Below are positions 1-9,395 of a stretch of DNA of 64,000 nt, piece after piece; position 1 is the stretch's first letter; the number at the start of each line of letters is the position of its first letter. A program made the position numbers and the translations under genes. The DNA is from Thermoanaerobaculia bacterium (GTDB lineage Bacteria; Acidobacteriota; Thermoanaerobaculia; Multivoradales; Multivoraceae). Under the pieces are notes generated by a model, which saw only the letters and a program-made list of their open reading frames with translations, searched no databases and was not told the origin of the DNA. Location: positions 2,144,001 to 2,208,000 of the forward strand of contig OY761158.1 of the NCBI GenBank assembly GCA_963664405.1. The letters are read 5' to 3'.

Positions 1-498
1 ACCGTGATCGACGCGACTGTCAGCTCGCTCGACCTGTTTCCGACCATCCTCGACGCGGTCGGCGCTCCTCTGCCGAGCGACCGACCACTCGACGGCAGCA
101 GCCTGCTCCCCTTGTTACGCGGGGAGATTCAGCGCCCCAACGGCGCCTACCTCGCCGCGCGCGAGTGGATGCCGCGCCAAAGTCTCTACTGGCGTAATGG
201 CATCAACTGGGGGACGATCCAAGACGGTCACCTCAAGCTCGTCCACATCTCCGACCAGCATCGCTTCGTCTACGACCTGGCCACAGATCCCGGAGAGCAG
301 CACAATCTGGCCGAGGAGCGGCCCGAGCTGCTCGAGGATCTCGAGAAGCGCTTCGAGGATTGGTCGCAGACCATGTCTCCTCCACTCTGGGGTGATCCGA
401 GACGCGTCTACATCTCACTCGACGACGTCCTTGCCGGCCGACGAAAGATGACGACGAAGTTCCAGCCCGAAAAGGGGCTGGTCGAGCTCAATCTCTAG
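1..498 (+). CDS. Sulfatase family protein, C-terminal part (runs in from the window edge)
   Basis: VSSLDLFPTIL, LDGSSLLP and YDLATDPGEQHNLA are typical sulfatase C-terminal motifs. Confidence 0.85.
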   Translation, partial: TVIDATVSSLDLFPTILDAVGAPLPSDRPLDGSSLLPLLRGEIQRPNGAYLAAREWMPRQSLYWRNGINWGTIQDGHLKLVHISDQHRFVYDLATDPGEQHNLAEERPELLEDLEKRFEDWSQTMSPPLWGDPRRVYISLDDVLAGRRKMTTKFQPEKGLVELNL

Positions 499-624
499 CC
501 TCCGGAAATGATGGCTATCATTTCCTCCGGCTAGTTGTTGTTTGGCGCCGAGGACGGCGCACTTGGGCGTTGCTTCCTATTCGCTCCGGGAGGCGGTTTC
601 GTGTCCTGCCGCGCAGACTCCTAG
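495..624 (-). mobile_element. CTAG-bounded short element, type B
   Basis: CTAG at 495 (includes the sulfatase TAG stop) and at 621; hairpin GGAAATGAT-ggct-ATCATTTCC; the reverse complement matches 16117-16248 over most of its length. Confidence 0.7.
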
Positions 625-884
625 GGCCGGCCGCTTCTCATTCGATCGCCGCCAAGGCTCCCTGCGCCACGATCAGTCGGCGGTGCAGAGGCAGCGAGCC
701 TCGGCGAAAGAACTAGGAGAAGAGTCAGCACATGAACGCAAGGGTGCTCGATGCGCGGGCCGCTCTGCTCTCTCGCTCCTCACTCATGGACCGGCGTCGA
801 GTTTGACATCTGTGATCTCGAAGTGTGAAATGCGCACCCGAGGCGCTAGAGACGGTCAAGAAACTCAGTCGGAGTGGAGGCGTG

Positions 885-1095
885 ATGAAAGCTTGTGTCG
901 CGACCGGAGAGAAGGGACAGATGGAATGTCGGGAGGTACCCGAGCCTTCGCTGGAAGCAGGAGCTCTGCTGCTGAAAACGAAGTGCGCACTCATTTGCGG
1001 GAGCGATCTCGAGTATCTCGAGGGCCTGCACGGAAAGATCGTTCCGGGCGAGATTCGAGGGCACGAGTTCGTCGCCGAGGTCGCTGCCGTTGGCG
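885..1095 (+). pseudogene. Zinc-dependent alcohol dehydrogenase N-terminal fragment
   Basis: GGAGG RBS; ICGSD and GHEFVAEV motifs of the GroES-like domain; similarity ends abruptly after about 70 aa. Confidence 0.75.
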
Positions 1096-1212
1096 GGCGT
1101 CGAGGAGTTGATCGTGCCGGACTTCACTCTCGGCACCTTGGTGGGCGCTGGGCAAGAAAAAATGGACATACTCGATCGTTTTATCTCTGAGGTCGCTCCG
1201 GCGGCCAAGTAG
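1096..1212 (+). pseudogene. LLM-class (F420/flavin) oxidoreductase C-terminal fragment
   Basis: In a different frame it reads GVEELIVPDFTLG...KMDILDRFISEVAPAAK*, resembling LLM C-termini. Confidence 0.55.
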
Positions 1213-1229
1213 GAAGAAACACCTGACAA

Positions 1230-1994
1230 ATGGCAGAGTTATTTGGACTCCAGGACAAGGTCGCAATCGTTACCGGCGGCGCCGGTGGGATCGGGACACG
1301 GATCGCTAGGGAGTACGCGAAAGCAGGCGCCCACGTCGTGGTCGCGAGCCGAAAACAAGAGAATCTCGACAAGATCGCCGAGGAGATCCGAGGCCTCGGC
1401 AGAAAGGCGCTGGCCATCGCTACCGACGTATGCATTCCCGAGCAGGTGGATAACCTCGTCGCCAAGACCGTCGAGGAGCTCGGTCGCCTCGACATCATGG
1501 TCAACAACGCCGGCGGAGCCCTGCACATCAAACCGCCGGAAGAGCTCACGCCTGAAGAGTGGCGCGCCGGGATCGCCCTCAACCTCGACAGTGTTTTTGT
1601 CTGCAGCGCAGCCGCCGCCCGGGTGATGATTCGCCAGCAGAGTGGGAACATCATCAATATCTCCTCGGTTGCCGGTATCAAACAGGTACCGAACTTCGTC
1701 CATTACGGAGCGGCCAAGGCGGGGGTCATCAACCTGACCAAGTCGCTGGCCGCTTCGTGGGCGAAGCACAACATCAATGTCAACTGCATTGCGCCGGGCC
1801 TCACCGCCACCGAAGGAGTCGCCGACTGGCTGCCCACCACCAAGAAGAAGGACGGCACCCCCGTTCCGCCCCTGGAGTTCCCCGCCGACCCCGAGCACGT
1901 GGCTCACCTTGCAGTCTTTCTCGCCTCTGAGGCAGCCGAGCGAATCACCGGCGAGGTCATACCGATTCGCGCCTCGATCGGATTCGATCGCTAG
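1230..1994 (+). CDS. SDR family oxidoreductase
   Basis: TGGAGGIG, NNAG, YGAAK. Confidence 0.92.
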   Translation: MAELFGLQDKVAIVTGGAGGIGTRIAREYAKAGAHVVVASRKQENLDKIAEEIRGLGRKALAIATDVCIPEQVDNLVAKTVEELGRLDIMVNNAGGALHIKPPEELTPEEWRAGIALNLDSVFVCSAAAARVMIRQQSGNIINISSVAGIKQVPNFVHYGAAKAGVINLTKSLAASWAKHNINVNCIAPGLTATEGVADWLPTTKKKDGTPVPPLEFPADPEHVAHLAVFLASEAAERITGEVIPIRASIGFDR

Positions 1995-1996
1995 CC

Positions 1997-2827
1997 ATGA
2001 CTCGGAGACTAGAGGGCAAGGTCGCTATCGTCACCGGAGCGAGTCGCGGGCTCGGCCAGTATTGCGCTCTCGGCTTCGCTCGAGAGGGGGCGAAGGTCGC
2101 GATTGCTGCTCGCACTGTCGAGGTCAAGGACGCGCGGCTGCCGGGGACGATTCATGAGACCGCAAGACTCATCGAAGAAGCGGGAGGAGAAGCGCTGCCG
2201 GTGGTCTGCAATGTGGCGGACTCCGCCTCGGTCGATGCGATGGTCGAGCAGGTCCTCGAACGCTGGGGGCGCATCGACATCCTGATGAACAACGCCGCGA
2301 TCCAACCGCCGGGAGTCAATTCAGACATCCTGCCCAGACACTGGGAGCTGCAATACCGGGTCAATGTGCATGGGCCCTTTCACTGCATTCGTGCAGCTTT
2401 GCCGGCGATGAGAGAGCAGCAGAGCGGCAACATCATCAACATCTCGTCGGCGGCGACTCGAGGTGGGACTCCCTACGGCGGGACCAAGCGGGCACTCGAG
2501 GCCATGACCGAGGGTCTCGCCGCGGAGCTCGAAGCGGACGGCATCGTTGTAAACGCACTCAAGCCCCTTGGTGCCATCGAGACACCAGGCTTCCTATTCG
2601 CTCAGCTCCCGCGAGCCGGCGAGCAGAGCGAAGCGCTGGAGCTGCCACCCCGAGACAGCTACGTCGAGGCCGCGATCCTGCTGGCGCTGCAGACTCCCGA
2701 GTCCTTTACCGGACGGGTCCACGACGACGCCGAAGTGATTCGGCATCTGGCGGACGAAGAAACGAAGACTAGGTTTCGCGAGCTCAACCCGAGCTACTGG
2801 ACCGCCGTCATGGATCGCTCAGAGTAG
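1997..2827 (+). CDS. SDR family oxidoreductase
   Basis: TGASRGLG, NNAA, YGGTK; starts 2 bp after the previous gene. Confidence 0.9.
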   Translation: MTRRLEGKVAIVTGASRGLGQYCALGFAREGAKVAIAARTVEVKDARLPGTIHETARLIEEAGGEALPVVCNVADSASVDAMVEQVLERWGRIDILMNNAAIQPPGVNSDILPRHWELQYRVNVHGPFHCIRAALPAMREQQSGNIINISSAATRGGTPYGGTKRALEAMTEGLAAELEADGIVVNALKPLGAIETPGFLFAQLPRAGEQSEALELPPRDSYVEAAILLALQTPESFTGRVHDDAEVIRHLADEETKTRFRELNPSYWTAVMDRSE

Positions 2828-2857
2828 GGCTGCGCCCGATCAAGGGCTCAGCCTCGG

Positions 2858-3394
2858 TCACTCCCTCGCGACAGTGTCACCAACCCGAATCGCGCCGGGC
2901 TCTACGACCCTGGCGTTCACTCCGCGCAGGTGCAATTGCTTTCCGACCCCTGAATTGACGAACACCATCGCGTCGAGGCCGAATCGCTCGACGAACTTCT
3001 TGCACCCTGTATGGGGCGGCGGCGTCACTTCGACCAAAGCGCTCCCTAGCAGCAGGCGCGTGCCTGCCGGGAGATTCTCTTCACTGAGGTCGAGATCGAG
3101 GAAGAATTGATCACCCGCCAACGGCCACCGCTCGCGGCTCTGAGCGACCAGTGCAGCAGTACGGGAGTTCATGAGCGTGAGCTGCATATCTCGATCAGGT
3201 GTACCTCGTGCGCTCCAATTGTCGCCAACCAGACCCTGCTCCACATCGAGGCGGCCCTCGTCGAGAACCTCTCGATCGCCAACACTGGGCCTGCGAACGA
3301 TCATCTCCACGACTCCCTCAGCCGCCGGGGAACTGCGGATGTGTTCCAAGCCCGCCTCGAGCTCTTCACTCGTCAGGTGTCTTATCTCTTCCAT
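2858..3394 (-). CDS. MOSC domain protein
   Basis: GLVGD, LAGDQFFLD, PHTGCKKF, RGVNARVVEPG; start placed at the ATG following GGAG. Confidence 0.85.
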   Translation of the reverse strand: MEEIRHLTSEELEAGLEHIRSSPAAEGVVEMIVRRPSVGDREVLDEGRLDVEQGLVGDNWSARGTPDRDMQLTLMNSRTAALVAQSRERWPLAGDQFFLDLDLSEENLPAGTRLLLGSALVEVTPPPHTGCKKFVERFGLDAMVFVNSGVGKQLHLRGVNARVVEPGAIRVGDTVARE

Positions 3395-3593
3395 CGACTC
3401 CCTCTCCGCAGCTGTGCTCCATCTTGATGAGACTCTCGGCGCCCGGATCCGCAACATCGCTGGTCGGATGAGCCTCGGGTCTATCCTGGCACGTTCGCGC
3501 TGCAGCGGCTACGGTGAATGAGCTGAACTCTGGTATTCGTCTATCGTAGAAATAGTCGAGTCGCGTAGTATCAAGATGAGAAGAGGAACGAGA

Positions 3594-5180
3594 ATGAAAC
3601 CAATGAAGTTCTTGGCAGTATGCCTCTCTTTGCTTGCGCTTCCTTTGGCTAGTGTTGCCGCGGAAAACGACGAAGGCGCAGGGCCGATCACCTATTCGAA
3701 GCATGTAGCCAGCATCCTCAACCAGAAATGCGTTCGCTGTCACCGCCCGGGCCAGGGTACACCGATGACCCTGGGCAGCTATGAAGAAGTGCGACCGTGG
3801 GCCAGGTCGATCGCTCGTCTGGTCAAAGAAGGCACCATGCCGCCCTGGCATGCGGTTGCTTCGATTGGCCCGATCACCAATGACCGCAGCCTCGAGGAAA
3901 AGCAGGTGGCAACGATCGTTCGTTGGGTGGAACAGGGCTCCCTCGAGGGCGACGCGGCAGATCTGCCACAGTCACCGACCTTTTCCGATAGCGAGTGGGT
4001 TCTAGGCGAGCCTGACTTCGTAGTCACTCTGCCGGAGGTGTTCGTCCCTGGCGGCGGTCCCGACCAGTTCGAGAATCTGAGCGGCAAAGTGATGCTGCCC
4101 GAGGACCGTTGGATTGGGGCCGTCGAGATATTGCCTGGCAACAAGAAAGTCGTGCATCACGTCATCGCCTTCCAGATCAAGGGATTCAACGTCGACCCCG
4201 AGCAAGGCTGGCTCGGCGCCTGGGCCGCCGGAAGCGAGCCGATGACCTTTCCACCAGGCACCGCTCGAGTCATGACCAAGGGCGCAAACCTGGTCGGAGA
4301 CATGCACTACCACCCGGCGGAGACCGACGAGACCGACATCACCCGAATCGGCTTTCACTTTCTCGACGATGCTGAAGTCGACAAAGAGCTGGCCAATATC
4401 TGGGTCATGAACACCGGCTTCGAGATTCCTCCCGGAGCGCCGGATCACGAAGTACGTGCGTCGTATCGCTTCGCCCAGTCCGGCAAGCTCTTTGGCTTCG
4501 CTCCCCACATGCACTACCGCGGCAAGGACTTCACCTTCACGGCGACCTACCCCGACGGGAGTGAAGACGTTCTGCTACGTGTCGAGAACTACGACTTCAA
4601 CTGGCAGACCATGTACACCCTGGATCAACCCATCGAGGTACCCGAGGGAACGCTCATCGAGTGCGTCGCACACTTCGACAACTCCGCTGACAACGTCCTC
4701 AACCCGGATCCGACCAAGACTCTTCACTTCGGCGACGAATCCTACGACGAGATGATGATCGGCTTCATGGACTTTGTGGTCGACGACGGGGTGCGGATGG
4801 AGACGACCGACCAGACCAAGGCGCGATACCTGAAACGCATGATCGAGGAACATCCGAACGAGGTTTATGTGTTCGCCGACAGCAAGGGCGCCCCGACATC
4901 TCTGCATCTGCCGCCACAAGGTGAAGGCCTGCTCTATCTGCGCGTCAATCGCAACCTCACTCCCTGTCGCATTTTCGACATCGAGTGGGAGGGGTCGAGC
5001 TTCAGCGCGTCGGTGGATGTTCCAGGCTTCAAGGTTCTGGATCTCGAAGGAACGGCAGACGCCCGTTCTTTCTCGGCCAAGCTACGAACGGGGGAAGACA
5101 GCGCTCTCGACTTCGAGGGCTCCCCTGCCGCCGTTTGGCGCGCCGAGAAGGAAGCCGGCAACTCGTCCAGCGGGCTGTAG
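3594..5180 (+). CDS. Secreted cytochrome c plus copper type II (PHM/DBH-like) monooxygenase domain protein
   Basis: Signal peptide; CVRCH and MPPW (heme c); VVHHVI, MHYH, PHMHYRG and DEMMIG match the CuH/CuM ligand pattern. Confidence 0.8.
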   Translation: MKPMKFLAVCLSLLALPLASVAAENDEGAGPITYSKHVASILNQKCVRCHRPGQGTPMTLGSYEEVRPWARSIARLVKEGTMPPWHAVASIGPITNDRSLEEKQVATIVRWVEQGSLEGDAADLPQSPTFSDSEWVLGEPDFVVTLPEVFVPGGGPDQFENLSGKVMLPEDRWIGAVEILPGNKKVVHHVIAFQIKGFNVDPEQGWLGAWAAGSEPMTFPPGTARVMTKGANLVGDMHYHPAETDETDITRIGFHFLDDAEVDKELANIWVMNTGFEIPPGAPDHEVRASYRFAQSGKLFGFAPHMHYRGKDFTFTATYPDGSEDVLLRVENYDFNWQTMYTLDQPIEVPEGTLIECVAHFDNSADNVLNPDPTKTLHFGDESYDEMMIGFMDFVVDDGVRMETTDQTKARYLKRMIEEHPNEVYVFADSKGAPTSLHLPPQGEGLLYLRVNRNLTPCRIFDIEWEGSSFSASVDVPGFKVLDLEGTADARSFSAKLRTGEDSALDFEGSPAAVWRAEKEAGNSSSGL

Positions 5181-5236
5181 CCGACGGAGAGGGACAGACA
5201 GAACGTCGCGGCGCTTAGTACATGCGGCCACAAGTA

Positions 5237-6745
5237 CTAGCCGGGTCGATAGCTTCCCTGGCGCATCAGATTCTGAAGCGCTCGGCAACGGTCGGGATCT
5301 CCGGCGGAGAGGTCGCGATCCTCCCAGGGGTCTTCCGCGAGATCGTAGAGCCTTTGCTCGGCACCGTCGAAACCGGTGACCAGTTTGTAGCGACCGTCGT
5401 AGACCATTCTCCAATCGTAAAGGCCGGAGAAGACGTACTCACGATGAGCGTCGGTGTGTCCGGCGAGCAGGTGTCTCATCGAGATTCCGTCCATGTCTTC
5501 GGGTACTCCGACTCCCGCGAGATCCAGGAAGGTGGCCGATAGATCGATGAGGCTGACCATGGCGTCGACCCGCTCGCCCTGGCGAACGCCTGGGCCGGCC
5601 ATGACCAGCGGCACTCCGGAGGAGGACTCGAAGGGGAGCTGCTTTCCCCAGCGCGAATGGTCCCCCAACATCTCGCCGTGGTCACTCGAATAGACGATGA
5701 CGGTGTTGTCGAGCTCGCCGCGCTCCTCGAGCTGGTCGACATAGAGACCGATCCAACGGTCGATGTTCTCGATCATCGCGGCGTAGTTCTGGCGGATCCG
5801 GATCTGATGGGGGGCGTCCCAAGGGCCGTCATAGGCGTGGGGCTGAGGGAAGTCGTCGATCATGCCGTCGGGTCCACGAAACCTTCGCTCCATCCGCTCG
5901 GTGATGTCCATCGGAGGGTGCGGGCCGGCGAAGTTGACGATCTGAAACCAGGACTCACCTCGAGGCACGGAGTCGAGTAGCGACACCCCATTGCGACCGA
6001 TCCAATTGTCGCAGTAGTGCGCCTCCGCCAGGGGGGAGAGCGAAGTGTTTCCCCACTGCTCCACCCTCTGAGGTCTTCGCCGAGCCTCCATGTCTCTGGC
6101 GCAGATCAGGCCTTGCTTGGGATCGAGACCCTCGAGGTAGGCGTAATAAGAGTCCTTGGCGCCTACCGGCTCTGAAAGATAGGTCAGCGCTCCCGCGCCC
6201 TTGCCGGCGTTGTTGATGCCGTTGGTGAACCCCCATTCCTGAATGAATCGCTGACCATCGAGACCGAGCCCCACCGGGCCTTCGGAATCTCCGCCACCGT
6301 CGAGAATGCGATGCAGGGCCGCCGAGCCCATGTCCATCTTGCCGCAGCCGAGAACGTGGTAGCCGCTCTCACGCAGCAAGCCGTAGAAGGTCTGCCGGTC
6401 CAAGGGAAAGCTCTGGTTGTTGGTCGGAACACCGCAGTCGTCGTACTCCATCCCACTCGCGAGACAGGCGCGGGACGGCGCACAAACGGGCGCCGCACAG
6501 TAGGCCCGCTCGACCGAGAGCCCACGCCGCGCCAAGGCTTCGAGATTGGGCATTGGGACCGGGATATCAGAGTTCGCCGGTGTCCAGTCCCACCGGTGCT
6601 GATCCGAGAACAGAAACAGGAAGTTCGGCCGCGAGGGTGGGGCCAACGGCGGAGGCTCCTGCATCTCTCGGCCGCACCCCACGGCGGGCAGCAGAGTCGC
6701 AGCCAACGAGCCCTTCAGAAAATCACGACGAGTCTGACGCGACAT
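5237..6745 (-). CDS. Sulfatase (choline-sulfatase-like), Tat lipoprotein
   Basis: TRRDFLK Tat motif, AVGC lipobox, CAPSR formylglycine motif, SDHG. Confidence 0.9.
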   Translation of the reverse strand: MSRQTRRDFLKGSLAATLLPAVGCGREMQEPPPLAPPSRPNFLFLFSDQHRWDWTPANSDIPVPMPNLEALARRGLSVERAYCAAPVCAPSRACLASGMEYDDCGVPTNNQSFPLDRQTFYGLLRESGYHVLGCGKMDMGSAALHRILDGGGDSEGPVGLGLDGQRFIQEWGFTNGINNAGKGAGALTYLSEPVGAKDSYYAYLEGLDPKQGLICARDMEARRRPQRVEQWGNTSLSPLAEAHYCDNWIGRNGVSLLDSVPRGESWFQIVNFAGPHPPMDITERMERRFRGPDGMIDDFPQPHAYDGPWDAPHQIRIRQNYAAMIENIDRWIGLYVDQLEERGELDNTVIVYSSDHGEMLGDHSRWGKQLPFESSSGVPLVMAGPGVRQGERVDAMVSLIDLSATFLDLAGVGVPEDMDGISMRHLLAGHTDAHREYVFSGLYDWRMVYDGRYKLVTGFDGAEQRLYDLAEDPWEDRDLSAGDPDRCRALQNLMRQGSYRPG

Positions 6746-6780
6746 GGTTTTGCGTCCTTCTTCGCGGGTCGTTCAGAAAC

Positions 6781-6796
6781 TAGATTGACCAGTCTA
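6781..6796. promoter_or_regulatory. Putative TetR-type operator
   Basis: TAGATTGACCAGTCTA, 35 bp upstream of the sulfatase; the motif recurs at 14345, 17966 and 22583. Confidence 0.6.
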
Positions 6797-6820
6797 TTCT
6801 ACTCAGGACCACAGAGTGGA

Positions 6821-6986
6821 CTAGACCAGCGTTTCCAAAGTTCGCACCACATATCTCGGCCCGTTCTGCCCGCTGGCGTCGTTCCGCCTCCTCGACATAT
6901 TGCCGAATATGCCTGCGTCGGCGCGCCTTGCCAGCGAACAGAACGACCTCGAGCTCTGTAGCGCGACTTTGGAAACGCTGGTCTAG
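6821..6986. mobile_element. MITE-like element with CTAG ends
   Basis: Perfect terminal inverted repeat CTAGACCAGCGTTTCCAAAGT/ACTTTGGAAACGCTGGTCTAG; its 51-bp core is shared with 41655-41705. Confidence 0.85.
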
Positions 6987-7104
6987 GATCCGGGTCTTCT
7001 TCGGCGACTTCGACAGCGACGGGCGACGGCCGTCCGGAGGTCTCGGCGCCCACGTTGGAGGCGAGAAGGAGCGAATCGGTGGGGGCCTCTAGCGCCGCCT
7101 GTGA

Positions 7105-9261
7105 TCAACGAAGCGATTTGAGAGCGCGGTCGAGATCCTGTCGGGGCAGCAAGTCGACCACCTCGATCTCGTCCTCGTGCAGCCGAAAGAGCATCCTGTA
7201 GTCACGGCCTATCCGCTGGCGATGCAGATCTCGGTCGGTGTGGAGGCGGCGGGCTCCGCGCAGAGCGGCGGGATCGCCGGCGGCGATTCGGCCGGCGGTC
7301 AGTACCGCCCTCCTCCCGATCGCATCCGGCACCGCTGCGAGCTTCTCCCGGAAGCGCTTCGAGAAACGCGGCAGTCTCACCGGTACCGGACCCGCGAGCT
7401 CTTCCGGAGGCTCAGTCGCGGCTGCTGCAGTCTCCGCCTCCGCCGCCTTTGGCGGATCTTCGCGCAGCGCCTTCACGGCGTCGACGCGTTTGCGCAGAAT
7501 CTCGACTTGGCGGCGAAACCGATTCCGCTCGGCGTGCCGCTGATTGAGCTCGCTCTTGAGGCGATGGACACGCTCCCGGAGCGCGAGGAGTCGCGGATCC
7601 GTTTCCGAACGACTCTCCTCGGTGGCCGTTCGGTCTCGCTCATCCTGCTCGCGCAGCTGCGCGCTCAGCTCCGCGAGCTGGGCGCGCAAGCGCCTGACCT
7701 CCTCTTCCTTCTCCTCTAGCGCGCGCGAGTGCTCCGCGTCCGAGCTCTGAGGCGCCTCCGGGGGTTTTTCGTCCGCAGCAGCGGGCGAGCCGTCGGAGGC
7801 CGCAGGCTCGGTGTCGTCGATCCCCCACGCACGGTCGGATGCTTGCAACGCTCCCGGAGCGAGATCCTCGCGGCGCCGCGTTTGCGGGTCGAGCTCTTCG
7901 CCCGACCACGAGTCGAGAACCTCTTCGATGGGGTCGACGACCGGTAGGTCGAGGTAATCTCGAGCCTCGCCGATCGAGCTCAGGAGCACCTCATGCTCGA
8001 AGCCCTGGCTCAGGGGGAGAACGCCGCGAGCGACGAGAATCCCGAGGTGGGGCCATCGACTCTCGAGCAGCTCGCAGGCCAGATCCACCGCGGCTTCGTC
8101 GGCGGTGTTGCGAGCCCGAAGCTCGATCTCGTCGAGCAGCGGACTCTCTTCGAGCCCCTTGGTCAGCATAAGCAGGCCAAGGCTCATCCACGCCTCGTCC
8201 AACGGCTCGTCGACATGCTCGAGAAGCGCCTTCGCCTCTTCGGGCCGGCGTTGACGTAGCGCCGCCTCGACCGCGTCCAACAAGTGCGCCTTGAGCTCGG
8301 GTGCTACGTCATCGGTCTGGAAGAAACGAAGAGCAGCCTGAAACTCGTTGAAGAGAATGAGCTTCCTCAGCACGGCGAGGCAGAGACCGGGATCGATACG
8401 TCGAGGATCAAGCCTGGCAAGCTCGTGGGCGCGGAGCTCGTCGACGCGATCCCAGGTCAGATGCTCTTCCAGGTTACGGCGCAGCTCGGATCGCGTCACG
8501 CCTTCGACGTCTGAAGAATCGCGCAGCCGTCGCTGGTCGCGAGCCAGGCAACAGCGCTTGTATTTCTTCCCGCTGCCACAGGGGCACGGCTCGTTGCGAC
8601 CGATGCGTGGTGCGGCCCGGCGCATCGGACGCCAATCGAAATCAGCCTGCTGCGGACGGTCCGGAAGCCCCTCCATCACCGGCTGCGTGGCAAGCTCGAG
8701 AATCGATGTTCGGATCGAGTGAGCATCCTCCCCGAAATAGCTCGGTGCCGAACGCGAGGCGAGCTCCGAGAGCTCTCCGTCGTCGAGAATCTGCGCGGTG
8801 GCCAGGACCAGAAGTCCTCCCGTCAGCGACAAGGATCGGCGGCAGAGGAGACGCGCTTCACGAACCAACTCCTTGCGGTGACTGCCGTCCCCCCTCTCTT
8901 GGTCCCACCAGGCCCCGAGCAGCAAAGCCGTGCCGGCTCGCTCCCACGAAAGACGAGCCTCCTGGACGGCCTCGATAAGAGCCCCGGCAACGTCTCCCTG
9001 GCAGTGGCCAGCGATCCTGGCGAGAATTCCCGGCTCCGGGAGCAGGTGAGCCCCACCGCTGAGGTGGCGTGCGTCGACGGGAAGCTCGACGTGGAGGGCT
9101 GCGAGTGAGAGGTTTGTGAAACCGTAGTCGAGTGACTGCTCTACGGCCGCAGAGAGAAGATCGTCCAGCTCATCGGAGCTCTCGCTGAGCCTCGGGCCCA
9201 GGCTGACGATGTCATGGCGACAGGGTTGACAGTCCTCGGCTGCCAGCAGCAGCGGATGCAC
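7105..9261 (-). CDS. SEC-C motif protein with a coiled coil and a C-terminal RelE/ParE-like domain
   Basis: [18 protein letters not shown]; heptad-rich segment; C-terminal [14 protein letters not shown]. Confidence 0.75.
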   Translation of the reverse strand: MHPLLLAAEDCQPCRHDIVSLGPRLSESSDELDDLLSAAVEQSLDYGFTNLSLAALHVELPVDARHLSGGAHLLPEPGILARIAGHCQGDVAGALIEAVQEARLSWERAGTALLLGAWWDQERGDGSHRKELVREARLLCRRSLSLTGGLLVLATAQILDDGELSELASRSAPSYFGEDAHSIRTSILELATQPVMEGLPDRPQQADFDWRPMRRAAPRIGRNEPCPCGSGKKYKRCCLARDQRRLRDSSDVEGVTRSELRRNLEEHLTWDRVDELRAHELARLDPRRIDPGLCLAVLRKLILFNEFQAALRFFQTDDVAPELKAHLLDAVEAALRQRRPEEAKALLEHVDEPLDEAWMSLGLLMLTKGLEESPLLDEIELRARNTADEAAVDLACELLESRWPHLGILVARGVLPLSQGFEHEVLLSSIGEARDYLDLPVVDPIEEVLDSWSGEELDPQTRRREDLAPGALQASDRAWGIDDTEPAASDGSPAAADEKPPEAPQSSDAEHSRALEEKEEEVRRLRAQLAELSAQLREQDERDRTATEESRSETDPRLLALRERVHRLKSELNQRHAERNRFRRQVEILRKRVDAVKALREDPPKAAEAETAAAATEPPEELAGPVPVRLPRFSKRFREKLAAVPDAIGRRAVLTAGRIAAGDPAALRGARRLHTDRDLHRQRIGRDYRMLFRLHEDEIEVVDLLPRQDLDRALKSLR

Positions 9262-9395
9262 CCCGGCAGTGTATTACTTCAGCGCTTCCGGAGGGAGTGC
9301 TTCTCAGGTTCTTTTACTCGAGACGACGACACGCGAGGGAGCAGACCTCAACATCCGCGACTTGACAACGACACGCCTCAAAGAAGGCGCCCCCC

